Shown in pieces: positions 50,001 through 63,762 of a stretch of DNA of 64,000 nucleotides. Source of the DNA: Balanoglossus misakiensis. Lineage: Eukaryota; Animalia; Hemichordata. The notes under the pieces are model-generated. The model saw nothing but the letters and a program-made list of their open reading frames with translations. It ran no database searches and had not been told where the DNA came from. Where the stretch lies: the NCBI GenBank assembly GCA_040954595.2, contig CM082593.2, positions 3,985,434 through 4,049,433 of the forward strand, read 5' to 3'. The first letter of the stretch is position 1, and each line of letters begins with the position of its first letter. Position numbers and translations under genes: made by a program.

Positions 50001-53000
50001 GTCACAATGTCAACACTGTACGATTGTCGTACAGAACCGATCATTCGTCGCCACGGCAACATATATATCTGTATTGATTCAATTCTGTGTTTAAAACATA
50101 TGTGGTATGATACTTGTTTGTTTCTTTCCTGAGAGCTCCATGCAGAGTCCTTCACATTGATCCTGTCAACAGCAATAGATGGACATAAATTGTGATTGCA
50201 TACATTATCGGAATACCACGGAAGCCATCATTAAAAAAAAAGAAAACAAAACTATAGCTGTCATCAATAAAAATGTGTAGTGAAATGTACAGTTCATATG
50301 TGGAAATAATGAAGCTGTATTTGAGACAGAAACTCAACATGTATGCAAATAATTCACTAGTGTATAGCTAATTGAAATTGTATCAAAGCTTATAAAGAAC
50401 TGTATGCACACATTGCATTGCATAATGCTATCATGTCATGGCCTGTTACTCTGTTAGTATTACATTTTATTGACAATAGGTATTGTTGCTAATTCACGTA
50501 TCGCATAAATATTCATTGATCTGTTTTTGAGATCAAAATCTGCTGGTAGAAACTGAGCAAAGGCAAACCAAAGATATTCACGAAGGATTGTGGGTAATGT
50601 GTTTACATGAACAAACCACGCTTGTGTGTTACCATTATAAGCAGTGTGGGCTCAGTATGCTGTTTCTGAGTTGGGTATACCGTGGTCACGACATATGTTT
50701 ACTCATCAATAAATTGAGAGCCCTTTAAATAGCAATGATCAAAAGATAGATGGAGGAAGTCGTTTATTTGCTGAAATTTGAAAATTTGGAATGTGAAAAA
50801 TCTACCTGGAACAATGGAAGTATAAAACCATCTTCCCTATAATGAAATAACTAAGTCAACTGTTTTTTTTTATTTTACAAATGTATATAGAAAGAATTAT
50901 TGTTGTGAAATGAAAGATTATAATAGGTATGCATCACTCAATATTCTATGAAAAGCTTTCCATGACTGATGAGTTTTGTCTGACAATCCTGTGACACTAG
51001 TGAAAATCAATTTCGATCTTGCGAAATATTCCTTATGAAAACAACGTTGGAAATGATAGATATGAAAGCATCAAATCACACTGAATAATTTTGAGTATGA
51101 TAAATGTGAAAATACAATTTCGCAATTTTATTCAACATCTAATTTATTGCCATTTTTGTGTGCGTGTGGCGAGAGCTAAGCAATAAAATGCGTGGGTAAA
51201 TTTAAATATGAATTTCATGACGCATTTCACTAATCAATGCTTATTTTTAGAAATGAGAAACTCATTGAAATTTAATTATGTGCATTTTTCGAAAGTGTTC
51301 AATTTGTATTCGTTACATCTTTTGGTGTGAAAAATACATGATGGTCTAGTCAATTATTGAGCGTTTATTGTAGTTTTTGGCAGTGATATCAAACCTTGTT
51401 TGAAAATGAAGAGTCCTTGACTCTTATGTGTAGGTCGTTGCCCTCGTGCAGTTAATACAAAAATATCCACTGTTGGTACATACGCACCCTGTATCCATGG
51501 TTACAGAGAGCTGTCAATTGCTAATTACACTAGTTACATTCTCCAATAGTATCACGTTATCAGGACTGGCTGACCTGTGAAAATAGAACCAAAATATTCT
51601 ATCAGCCTGGCCTAATAAAAGAAGACAAAGTGAAAGATATTTTTGAAATCAAAATGAATATATTAAGGTCTGCGTAATAATACTGGTATCATTTATAGTC
51701 CATCAACTCTCACTATCTGTCTATTGAATTTTTATAGTTCAACAGCTTGTTTAAGAAAGTTCATATAACCCCTACCAGTAATATCCTATCTAAGGATATT
51801 ATAAAGTTGAACCATTTTTGGTCAGGTTTCTTTGCTACAAGCTTAAAGAGCAATTGTAAATGGTACTGATAACAGGACAGTACATGTATATAAATGTATA
51901 TTTACAGATGAAAGTGAGCCCTCTAGCGTCAAATAGGGAAAATACTGACAGATACTTTTCAAATGGACAGATGTTTTTCGATGAAAATTGTTTTCCTTCA
52001 TTAACACAGACTGATCATGTGTACTCTATGATGTTAATAGTGTTCCGATGGTTTTCATTAATTTTTGTCTTTATCTTTCAAGTAAAAAGACTAACCTTGC
52101 CTTTCCACTACATATGAGCACTTGAAAATGTTTATACCAGTATGCTAATTCTGAGTACCATACAACCACGCCCAGAATAAAATTATCTACAACCACACCC
52201 AGATTATCTATTACATCATGAGTCACATGTACAACCAGGTGGATCCTAATCAAAATCTATAAATGTGAAGTGATCTGCTGTCATGGTTACTTGAGAGACC
52301 TTGCTTTAAACGTTTCATAATTTATGTTAGGCTGGAGGGGGATAATTCTGCGTTAAGGAGTCATCGCTAAAGTGAGTGTCAGAAACGATATGAAAAGTGC
52401 AGAAATGGTTAAAACTGTTAACAGATACTGGTGTGTACTCTTAATGATGATTTTTTTAGCTGAAATACAGTTTCTGGAAAAAGGGACATTTAATAATTAA
52501 AATAAAAAATACCCTTCACTCATATTACTTCAGGGAATAAAAGTGGTTGTGGCTACTGTTAGGTTTGTAGCAGAAACGTGAGATGTTCCCTGATTGTGTA
52601 GAGGACACTACCTTATAAGTTACTCTCCCTGACGAACACTCAAGGTATCCTGTTTATTGTTGAGTCAGTGCTCGTGATATGCAGACCAAAAATACACAGC
52701 TGTGTCATCAGGGTGGATACAGGAACAATTTGGATCCCTTGCACCATGAAATAATCCATCTGGAGTCTGTTTTAGAGTCTGACAATACGAACATTGGTTG
52801 AGGAAGAAATCACGCTCTTCTGGTTACTGTCTTGGCTAATTGGGAAAAAATCATTGTTTGGGGATTAAGCATGACTGTGGAAATGATGGAGACCACTGTG
52901 GATTTTGCTACTGAAATGGATTTTCTATCAGACAGTGTGAGTCAGTTTCCATGGTAACACTTCCAACCTCAACTACTACAGTTTCCTGGTAAATTAAGAA

Positions 53001-56000
53001 GTGTCCTGATTCATCAGACTTATAAAAAGGCACCCTGATTTTTTGTCATTTTTTTTGTGTAAATTTGTAGATAATTGTATATTTGATATTTTTTTGCAAA
53101 ATGCACCTGTCTTGTCAGGCTTAATATATGTGCGTAATGATAATGTACTTTTCATCAGATATCTAATGATATCTGTAGAGTTTTTGTATATGACAAAAAT
53201 TTGTCTCTTGGTAGTGAAACAGTGGAATTGATTACATAAGCATCAAATAAAATCCTTGCATGATTGGCCAATGTTTAATATACACCGAGGTCTATGAAGC
53301 CTCAAATATATGTCACACGCAATTGCAAGGCTTCAGTAATGTCATAATTGTAGTTTATTGCAAAATGCTGGTTTCTGTGCATCTTGTGAATCACATCAGA
53401 AATGCTTGGTAATTAACCTCTTTTATTCAGATGTCAGACAAGAACACTCATGGAAGACTTTATTTTGCAGGTGACAAACCGATTACTGGAAGCCGAACGG
53501 AGACGCTTGCGAGTCCTGCAGAGAGAACTTAGTCAGCTTGATCAGGAAGAGGGTGCAGAAAAGGTAGGGTTGGGAAAAATTTGCAAGGAATATTGAGCAT
53601 TCTGTGTAACCTTGTCAACCTTACAGGGCTCGAATTAAACCTTGAACAATCACAGTCAACCTCAGTTCCTAATTGCTCAAATGACTGATGATTGATTCTA
53701 CGTGACTGATCGTTCATAACAAGTACTAATGATATCAGCATAATCATTTCAACCTGTGTGACCATGAGCGTGATTGATTTTTTCGATGAATGTTCATTTG
53801 TTTTATCCCCCATGCTCATAATATTATTTTTTTATTTTTTCAGCACAAGAAGTTGAACAGAGAACAAGAATATCTGAGGTATGTCTTTGGTCTCGGAAAT
53901 GTTTGCTAATATCACCATCACTGAGATAACACGTAATTTAATCATGACCTTTTCATGTTATATTTTTTACACGTATGCAGTCGTCTTCAAGATCAACATG
54001 ATAGGCTTGAACAAGAATATCAAGACAATGCCATGGGTGCTTTTAGAATCCACTACAAGAGGTCGGTCAAGGTAAGTGTCATTTATTTTCCCTGTGTCAC
54101 GTTCTCAGAGTAGTGTCAGGATTCAATGCGTTTGCCATTATGTGATTTGTTTATTAATTGTATTTTTTTTTATTTGTTTCAGTCACAGCGGAGTCAACCT
54201 CATATCGGTTTAAAGCAGACATCCAAAATTAGGGTAAGTTAATATATTATCTTGAAATTGTACACATATCTCAATTCTACTCATCTCATCTCACCAAGGA
54301 CTGAATCATCAAAATGATAAAGTCCTTCATGTCTGTATGTAGTTAGTATGTAGTTCAATACACTCTATTTGTAGACTATTACGGCCAATTTTGGATTTGA
54401 AAAGATTTTTTTCCTTTTTCTGAAGATTTTGTATGCAAATCTGAATAAAAGCCTTCATAAAGTTAAATGAAAAGCAATTATTCCTTGTAGACCAAGGAAA
54501 CATAATCATAAAATAGCCAGTTAATCACTGAAAATGGAAATGTCATTGTGATTTTAATTGACTTGTCATGAAAAAATTATTGCCAGCTTTTTATAATAGA
54601 TAATCCGCAGGATGAATTAATCTATTATCGTAGTTCGTCTTATAATACTTCAGGGTTTCATGTAAGATGCCATTTAGGATTATGACTCCTTTGGCATCAC
54701 TGAAGGGGGTTTTGAAATATCCCTGTGCCCAATGAATGTTACTCAGACATATACCCCCAATCAAGTACATGTATAGCTGGCTTCACTCGAAGTTCTAATA
54801 TGAACACTGCCCTCAATGACAACTGTGACACATTCAATTCTGACATAACAGAGCCCTCTCGTCTTCACGTTTCAAACTTAGACTCCCGTCATCGTAAACC
54901 ACAATCCCCTGTTTAGTTGTCAATATAATTTTGCATAAGTGAAACATTTGTCTGCTCCAATCATAACCTTGAATGGTATGTAATGACAGGTGTCGGGAAA
55001 CTGCAGATTCCTCGGACAGGTTCGTTAATAATCTTTTACCACTCGGCCTGTTCCCTGTGGATAGGCAGTCAACACAATGTGTATCCCTAGCCTTATGGAA
55101 AGTATGAGATAAGGTCTCTTTTAATGGTTATCTGTGATCATACAACACAGATATATTTCTTCACAAGATATTTTTATTTTTACTACTGTGTTTATAATTA
55201 GTTCGTGTGATATCAGTGAAATGAAACCCTAACGTAGGAATTTTGCTTATTTTAGAATTGAGAGTGTGTTGGTCATGAGAATTTATGTCCAGATAAATCT
55301 CCAAAGAATGTTAGATGAATCAGGGGATGGCTCTGTGGAGTCTGGAATACCTCCATTAAAGTTTGATATTTGAAAGGAAAACTTTTTCCTGTGAAATTTA
55401 CCCGTTTTTTTTTTTTTTTTTTTTGGCAAGTGGTCTTTATTTAGTACATGTAATTCTAGGACATCGGCTCAACATTCTTCATATTATAATCAAATAAATA
55501 CAGAAAAAGGACAGGAATATATGAAGGCTGCTAGACATTGCAGTGTATCTGGATCCTATGTGTGATATTATGCTATATAATAATCCTCAGATTCCCAGGT
55601 TTTACAAATGCATTGGTTGCTATGCAGTTGCCGATGGAAATAAAATGCAAATGTTTGATTTGAGGTATCCTTCAGTTTGGTATGCAGTGCATTTCATCTT
55701 GATGTCGATAACGATGTACATTGCTGTGAGTGGATTGTTACGTCATGTCCATTTGGCTTCGAAATCCAATTTCAGTTGCGAGGAACTGGTGTTTCTCAAA
55801 GATAAGGGAGTATTGGTCCCGAACAGTCGACACCTTTCCTGGACTGAGTCACACCGTGTGATTTTCCTGAAAAGTTAGACGGGCAGGCAATTAGTGACTC
55901 GGGTCTAACCTGGCATCGATGACAAATATTTCAAGCATGAACTTGGTTCTCTAATCAACTGGGTGGCTCGCGCATTTTTGCGACCACGGGAGGTACGGTG

Positions 56001-59000
56001 TAGTCGGCGACAAATACTTGAGGGCCTAGGGGGGCCTTTCCCTTGACGGGACTCGTGTGGATTGTTGAATCAGGCCGGCAAGATGATACATGATTAGCAG
56101 CCGAGACGCACAAGTGTATGTACGATATTGCCTGTGCCTTCAGTGTGTGCGTATATAGTCCCCGTTCATTCATTCCATCATGGAGGGTTTGTTCAACTGT
56201 GCCTCGACGCTTTGGGTCTGGGTGATCGAGACCGGCAAAGTGTTCTGGAACTTGTACCGTACGGGCAATCTGGCGCCGCCGGCAAACCGGTTATCCAGGA
56301 GAATCCGGAATGGAGATGGGGGTAACGTCGGAAGGTTTAGTTCGGATGGCATTGAGGAAAGAGCTGGTGCAGACAGCGATTGTGTGCAGGAAATCGAACA
56401 ATGCGATCAGGTAAAACAAATTCCTCAAATTATTTTGACGTGTAGGTCATACTGGAAAAAAGTCATGCTCTATGTATATAATAGTTCTTTCAAGTCAACC
56501 ATATGTATCACATTTGCTATTTAAAAAATGATTTCTGAGACAAATATTCATCATTTTCTACTTTTAATTTGATAGTTAAAATGTTCTATCTAGGTACGTG
56601 TTACTTGACATGACAAAATGCTAACAAATATTACGTCATATGTTCACACTTTGACAAATATAAGCGTTTGGTTTTCAAAAAAATCAAAAATATATTGAGA
56701 GACATTTCTTTCCAGTAAGTGGAGGATATCATAAATTCTTCATATGCATATTAAAAGTAAACATCTGTTAGGGCATATAACTGTTTCCTTAGGTTGCCTT
56801 AATCTGACCTACTAACCTGGGGGTGTCATGTGTGTCCTCTAGGCTGCAATGATTGGCCATTTAAGTTGATACAGCTATTGACAAATTGATAATACTGTTG
56901 ACTATCACAATGGAACAATTGTAATGCTTTGTGTTGAGAGAACAGCCCGATTGTGTTAATACTTTATAGATTGCATTTGAAGTAAACCTTACCCATAAAA
57001 GATAATGCCTGTGCTCTAATATACGTTACCTATTAAATATAAGTGCATACCATAAATTCTATGTACAGAACCATTATCCACACCATTTCACTGTGAGGCA
57101 GTCATATCCTGTAAAATTAACTTTTAATATTCACATGTTTTCGGTTGAACTGGCAGCCATTCTATTGTGGTGTCAACAGTGGTTCTCTGTCCTTATTATT
57201 GAAAATTTTTTTTTTAAAAAGAATACACTTTCATCCGAAGTTGTTACAACTTCATGTGTAGAAACCTAATAAAATGTAAGTGTAAATGACGAGATTATCA
57301 TATAGTGACTAGTGTTCCTGGAATGTGGACTTTTGAACGACTTTTGAACTACAGTGATAATGAAATTATGAAAAAAGCAATGAAAAGTTATTGATGGCGT
57401 GGAATTATTTCAACTGTCCCAGTGGTAGCCAAAGGGGAATGATAAATATTGTGTTGAGCATTAAATCTCATGTCTGCAGATTCTAACAAACCCTGTGTAA
57501 GGAATTTGATATATAGCTATGCTTGTGGCCTTTCTCCAACTCCATACCCCACATGTTGAGGCTTATTAAACGTGCAGTCTCAGACATTGGGTTTTCGCGC
57601 CAGAGAAACCACTAATAGGCAATTGTATGGTCCAATTGTAGGATGGTATACTTCATGTTGCCCAGACCGACCTTGGTCTGGTGATAAGCGTTGAAGGCCG
57701 AGAGGTTATTTGACCTTCTAGGCTTTGCAACTAATCCATCCATCAGTTTTTTTCTGATTAAACTGAAGTCCTTTGACCAAGTGCAAATTCTTATTCTAGA
57801 AAGTAGGATTCTGTTTTAAAATGACTGTCATATTCAACTTTTTAATATTCAAATATTATCACACAACTTTGTATATGCAGAAGTGATAATTCCAACTCCC
57901 ATTACATTGCTTCTGGTTGCTACTATTCAGTGAGATGACAAGCTCCAATTAGAGCTTTGCTTTCATAAGCACCTGATTGCCCGGAAGCACCGCCAACAGT
58001 GATTGGCCAGTTCAGATACAGTCATTCGAACTGGGTATCACCCAGCATGAGGTAAAATCCCACACTGCGACAGTAGCCGCAACTGAAGGAAACTGTGACC
58101 CGGTTTAAGTACATGTTTATGCAGGAATTATGATGAAAAAATCTCAAAATAACTCCTTTGGGTTAGCCAAAGGAAACAGATGCATGGTTTTGATAAATAA
58201 AGTCCAAATGTTTGTATTAGACACTGGGGTGGCTTAGTTTTTGCTCATAAACATGGAGTTTTCTGAAGAGGTGCTTTCATCTCTGCGTGATCGTCAAAGA
58301 CAGAGGATCATGTATTGTTTTATTATGCAGGTAAGGAATTGGATATCATTGTAATGATCCTCTAATAGCAGTTTGTCTTTATTGACTTTGTAATTGAGTG
58401 TCAAGGTCATTACCAGGGTTAATATCATAATTCACCTTGAAGTATGTGGAGTGCTGCAATTGGAATTTGTCAACAGTGATTTGTACCTTTTATTTGCAGT
58501 TTAAAGTGGTTATAGTGCCATACAAAATATGAATATCAGGGTGTGAGCTAATTTATAACATTGGCGAGAACAAAAAAAAGACAGATGCATTACTTTGAAT
58601 ACATGCTAAATTAGGCAAGATGTCATAAGATATATGAACTGTATGTTGACATTATCATATAACAGTGTACATTGTATTGAGGACATGGATATACCCACAC
58701 TGTGTCTTTATGGTAAGACCCACCAACAAGATTGGTATCATGTCATGAAGTCGGGTCACCGGGGTAACCTCATCCCTCACTTCTGCTGGTCACAATAATT
58801 TGGTGATCTCTGTAATCTTGACTGGATATAGAGTCACATACCGTATTTGAAACACATGGTATTAAAGACAGTGCTTTCGGGTGAGAACTGGTGTCGTAAA
58901 GTTTTACTGTCATGAAGCTGTCAACTGTTTATATGTGTGCCGTTAATTGCTCTACTTACCCTCAGGTTAATGTTTAGACCAAACTGTTCCACAAAGCAAC

Positions 59001-62000
59001 TCTTGTGTCAATCGTTGAAAGAATGCAGATATCCTGAATTTGATACTTCATGAATGACGTTGCCATGGTGTTAGTTTAGGCTGAAGAAAACAGCTAAGGT
59101 GATGAAAAGTGTACCAGTCGGCTAATCTTGATGACAGGTCTTTCTGACCTTTATGAAAATATCTAAGATGCACATTTTCAGCAGAGCCGTACTGAAAACG
59201 ACAAAAATGTGAACGAGCTTACCTGAGTATGATTTCAGAAAACACATTTGAAATTTGACACCACTGGTACTGTTTTTTGTAGATGGAATATTTGAAGTAT
59301 TTTGGTAATAGCAGGAAAGTCGATTGCTGCTGAAGTTGTTGAAAGATTGCTCTTAATTTTCAATGTTGAATTTATTCCAACAATTTCCACTCATGGTACT
59401 TACAGTCTTAAAATAGTAGTTTACTCAAGGGAGAGAGATGATGCTATTAAAAGTTGGAAAAATATACAAACCTCTTATTTCTGAAGTGAAATTCTAGATG
59501 GAAAATATTTCTGACGTCCCAGTTGGTGTTTAGTGATTAGAATCGTGAATCTCCTGTGCATTTCAGTTCAGGGTTTCTTGTCAACATTTTATTTTCAGCA
59601 GTGAAATTGAATTACAGGCAATGACTGTGTGTTGTGTAATGACAAAACAACCTGAAAGTGTATCTACAGTGTATGGTATGCACCACACATTTTGTGTGTA
59701 GAATCTAGGCCTTGTCAAATGACTTTCTATGAACATACAAATACTGCTCCAGATGTTTTAGTGTGATGGACTCAGGACAGTGTTAAGTTCATGCTCGGTA
59801 CCAGTATACACTATTGTATATGTGAGAAAGTTTGCAGAGACACACGAGTTTTAAAGCTTGTTGACAACATTAAACCATGAGAATGCCAGGTTAATGCCTG
59901 TTGGCATGGGAACGCTTCCACGGAGGGTGTCCCGACTGAGTGGGTTCCCAGGTTAAGGACGTTCATGGGTCTCATCAGTTTTGAGATAAAGAGGTTTTGG
60001 TGATGTCATTGCAAGGCTTGATGGGTACTTCGTGGTTTGATGGACGGGGTGATTCCATTGCATTGTGGGTAGGCTCTTTGCAAGTAGGGGTGAACTAACA
60101 CTTGTGGGCTAGGGCCATGCAAGTACAGTATTGAGTGAAACCCTTCCGAGATGTTAAAACATAAAGAATATAAGAAATCGGTTGAAACTTGAGGTCTGTA
60201 TTATTGATATGTAAGAATGTGCATTACTGGTATTTGGCAGTTTTCCATTATCAGCAGACTGTATATTATACAAACTGATTTCCATAACCTGAGTGACATC
60301 TTGGAGAACTCAGATGCTGATAACATCTGTGGTATAGATTCTGAGAAAACCTGACGACAGATCGATGTATTGAAGCAAGTTTCAAATTTCAAATGTTTTT
60401 ATGACTTGGTGATTATATTGCGACATGTTTTCTAGACAGAAATTGAAAGAAGAGATTTTAGATCATTCGTTGAAAATTTTCTGCATTCTCAGTAAGGAAG
60501 CTATGCCAGTACACTTGTACTGTCTTTCAACAAACAAGTGCTAACTTTAATCCATCTTTCAACTGTTGTGAGTGAACACCCAAGACTTTGCAAACAGATA
60601 TTTTGAAGTTCTTCCCAATCCCATCATGCTTTCACCCCTAACAGTGGAATGGAACGGCCCTGTCAAATCTCTGCAGTTTGGGAGGCTGCAATTTCAATGC
60701 CTTCAATGTGTGTCTTAAGGGCCGTTTTATCACAAGGGACTTCCTGCTTGATGGAGAACACGCACTTAACGTTGTGTTGAGGGGAAACACTATGCCATCC
60801 CAGTTGTGGTTGAAGACACTGTGTTCAAACCACTCGCAGTCGGACAAAGCTTGCTCGCTGATGTAGCTGCAATATGCCTCGCATATTTGCATGGCCGAAA
60901 AGCAATATGCCTCGCAAACACAGCTTTTTTGGCAAAAAAAGGAGAGCTTATGCGCTGCCACCACTAGTCGTCTGTGATTGCTATCTGTGGACGTCAAAAG
61001 TAGGTTTTTATTTTAATATTCTCCTACCTGAGATAATTTTGTACCAAATGTATTGTTTTTGTAGGAAAAAGTAATGACATTGTTTATTTGTTTATGGCAA
61101 GAGAGAGAGAGAGAGGGTAACAATTCATTTTTTTATGTGCAACCAAATTTGCCTACCAAATGTTTAGTAGTTGTCAATGGCCTCCACTCAGCTATTTTAG
61201 TGTAAAAGTTATGTTTCTACAAGAACAAAGTTCAGGAATATTGAATATTGATGACATTTTGAAAAGCAGAGATAAAAACACTTGTGGATGTTTTGATTGC
61301 ACTTTACAGTGACTGAATAACTTCTCTCCATCAAACACTGCAAACCTAAAAAGTTTCCAGTCACTTTTTAAATATTGATTTTTTATTTGAAATTACAATT
61401 GTATACTACCAGTCATATGTTTCGTGTTCCTCCCTTGAGTAAAGTTTCATCTGTGTTGTATGTACGCAGCTCACAAAAATACCAAACTGATACTCAGCAC
61501 TGAGCCAAGTACTTAAACTGATAAAATTCCAGTGTTCTGGATAGCTTCAGATACATCGTTCTACATCTTATCTGACAAGGAGGCCACACAGATTTGAAAA
61601 AAATTCTTTAATTGGCACCGAAACACTTTTCAGCTTTTATTTAAGGCTGGAGAGATTTTTTCCCAGAACAAGTTTATTTCCGTCTTTATGCTGTCTAATA
61701 TTAAGTATCTACTAAATTTAGAAATATTTCTTTAAAAAATAGTGCCTCACATGAAATCAGATACAAAAGGAAGTGGAAATCAAGATAAGGCAAAGATGGA
61801 CTAGGTTATATAAATTAATTATAGTGTTATAATTTTGGTGCCTCTAGTCTTATTAATTGAGTTTTAATAGTCCATAGTACACGGATCTAAGCTTCCGATG
61901 AAAACGAAGTTTCAGTTATAACGAAAGATAACCACCATATTATATTTTTCATAATATCAGCAAAACACAGTAATGCAATTTTGCATGAATATCTCAACAC

Positions 62001-63762
62001 AAACGCATCCCGTAAACAAGGTCCATATTGAGCCATTCGTTCAGGTATGCAATGATAACATAGCCATTCTCCCTGTAATCTAATTCCTGTGGTTTCTGTC
62101 ATAATTTGACTGCAGTCTCTGCGTACTTCCATGTTGTGATCTGTGATTTCCTTCGGACCACACACTAAAAAACCTCAAGATTTCCAAGAGCATATTACAC
62201 TGTGTACGGTGACACCTTTTACCAATTAACTTCACATTGCGTGTGAAATGATCAGTAATAAACTTTCCTTACGTAGATTGTATCACTGTTACTATGGTGA
62301 CAGCTCCAGACTTCCACAGGGACAAAGTTGTTGAGTATAGACGTGCAAACTTTTTTTTAGTTGCTATCCAGCAGTGATATGAAACGAGCGCCGGTATGTT
62401 TTAAATTCTTGAAATTTACCATGCTTTCATGAAGATAAGAAAACCACAGTAGTGGAAACAACACTTAAAAAGTTATCAAAAAATTCAGCTACTGTTGTGT
62501 TGCAATACAGAAATGTGTGCATATATAATTGAACAAATATAATAAATTGGTTGCAACCACAATAAGACTGCCTCCATGTTTGTATCAGATCAATGAAACC
62601 CTACCAAGATTAAATAAATATTTTTGGTAGTTGACAAAATTGCTTGTGGTTATTTAACAATTTTCTAAACAAACGCTATTGGTGATTGCTAAAGCATATG
62701 TAAATATTGATACATGTGTGTAGACCAATTAATTACCTTCAATGTAAATGTTTAGAGTACTGTAATTATAGGTACAGTATCATTTCATCGGGTTTCCCTT
62801 ACATTTTCTACCCATAGGATATATACTGATAGATGCATTGCATGTCTGTCGAGCTAAACACATCATGCCAACCTTTATTCCACATACACTATCCCTGACA
62901 CAACGCAAATTCTGATTGAAGAAGACAAGAAAATCTCTGTCATCAATTGAAACAGACTGTATAAACATATTTGCTATTACAGTAACATTGGAAAGTCACT
63001 GCAGAAACAAAGATCATCTGTCAGGTCATGACCCGAAATTATTTGTCCAAGATTATATCTATAGCTGCTGGTGCATCCTGTTGATAGAACTGGGTGTTTT
63101 TTATTGCTCAGAAAATGTCTGTCTTGAACACTGAAAGTTTCTTGGTTTTACAATAATTCTTCACCCGATATCTAGAGTCTTCAGTGGGTTGAAGTACTCA
63201 GAAGTTGATGTCTGCCACGCTTTATTGTTTTAAGATCAGCTTCTCGGATTAACCCTGGCACTCTTTTCTCCAATTTTCCAATTACCGCATTTCAAAGGGA
63301 GTTAAACAGATCACAGTTGAGATGAAAGATGTGGACTTAAGATAAACAACACTGGTCAAAACAAATTCTATGAATATTTCTGGGATTACTGGTGAATGTT
63401 GTGAATATGGCTAAAGACATACCATATACTCAACCTTTCCATAGAGAGCAATATACTTTGACCAAGAAATTGGGGTTAGAGGAACTTCTCGAGAACCAGG
63501 CTTTGCTGCTAGTCTTTAGCCACTGTCTCGAGAAGCAAATGTTAAAAAGGCACATCCTTACAATGTGTCTTGTGCTGATTTGTGTTCTCTGTAACTAGAA
63601 CAGCAAGATGACTTCCCCACAATGAAATGTGAAGTCACCAAAACTATAATTTCACTTTTACCACTTAAACTGATGTTGTTGTGACTTTCTGTTTTCTTGC
63701 AGCCCAGCATATTTGGCACAATCACTAAAGACAAAGTAGTCGGCAAAGATGACTCCAAGAGG
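47065..63762 (+). CDS. 5' part of an unidentified gene with an N-terminal coiled coil; continues beyond the window
   Basis: Exons 47061-47190 (ATG 47065), 53471-53563, 53844-53878, 53981-54071, 54183-54233, 63703-63762 splice in frame with GT-AG sites: MASIKLKAFRSLSLR...IFGIQLEVTNRLLEAERRRLRVLQRELSQL...RLQDQHDRLEQEY...KQTSKIRPSIFGTITKDKVVGKDDSKR. An upstream exon ends at 46555 (AAG|gtaagc). Confidence 0.75.
52871..52936 (+). CDS. Candidate alternative first coding exon MTVEMMETTVDFATEMDFLSDS
   Basis: ATG to AGT|gtgagt, phase 0, compatible with the exon at 53471. Confidence 0.45.
52945..52958. promoter_or_regulatory. RFX X-box GTTTCCATGGTAAC
   Basis: Consensus match beside a candidate alternative first exon; TGAGTCA lies immediately upstream. 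Confidence 0.5.
53471..54233 (+). CDS. Four clustered internal exons encoding the coiled coil
   Basis: 93, 35, 91 and 51 nt exons with clear splice sites and no stop when joined. Confidence 0.85.
56180..56410 (+). CDS. Candidate alternative first coding exon, 77 aa (MEGLFNC...EQCDQ)
   Basis: ATG to CAG|gtaaaa, phase 0, inside a local CpG-rich island. Confidence 0.6.
58253..58330 (+). CDS. Candidate alternative first coding exon MEFSEEVLSSLRDRQRQRIMYCFIMQ
   Basis: Good Kozak context (aacATGG) and strong CAG|gtaagg donor, phase 0. Confidence 0.55.
60874..60999 (+). CDS. Candidate alternative first coding exon, 42 aa, basic (MPRIF...WTSK)
   Basis: ATG to AAA|gtaggt, phase 0. Confidence 0.35.
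62379..62393 (+). CDS. Candidate alternative first coding exon MKRAP
   Basis: ATG to CCG|gtatgt, phase 0; X-box-like GTTACTATGGTGAC at 62288-62301. Confidence 0.35.
63703..63762 (+). CDS. Shared phase 0-0 exon PSIFGTITKDKVVGKDDSKR
   Basis: ttctgttttcttgcag acceptor and AGG|gtaagt donor; 60 nt. Confidence 0.75.

Noticed and set aside
59906-59951. MGTLPRR… candidate first exon
   Set aside because: Weak donor in phase 1, incompatible with the phase-0 exon at 63703.
61065-61070. Possible 6-nt microexon GAAAAA
   Set aside because: Weak donor; cannot be told from chance without RNA data.
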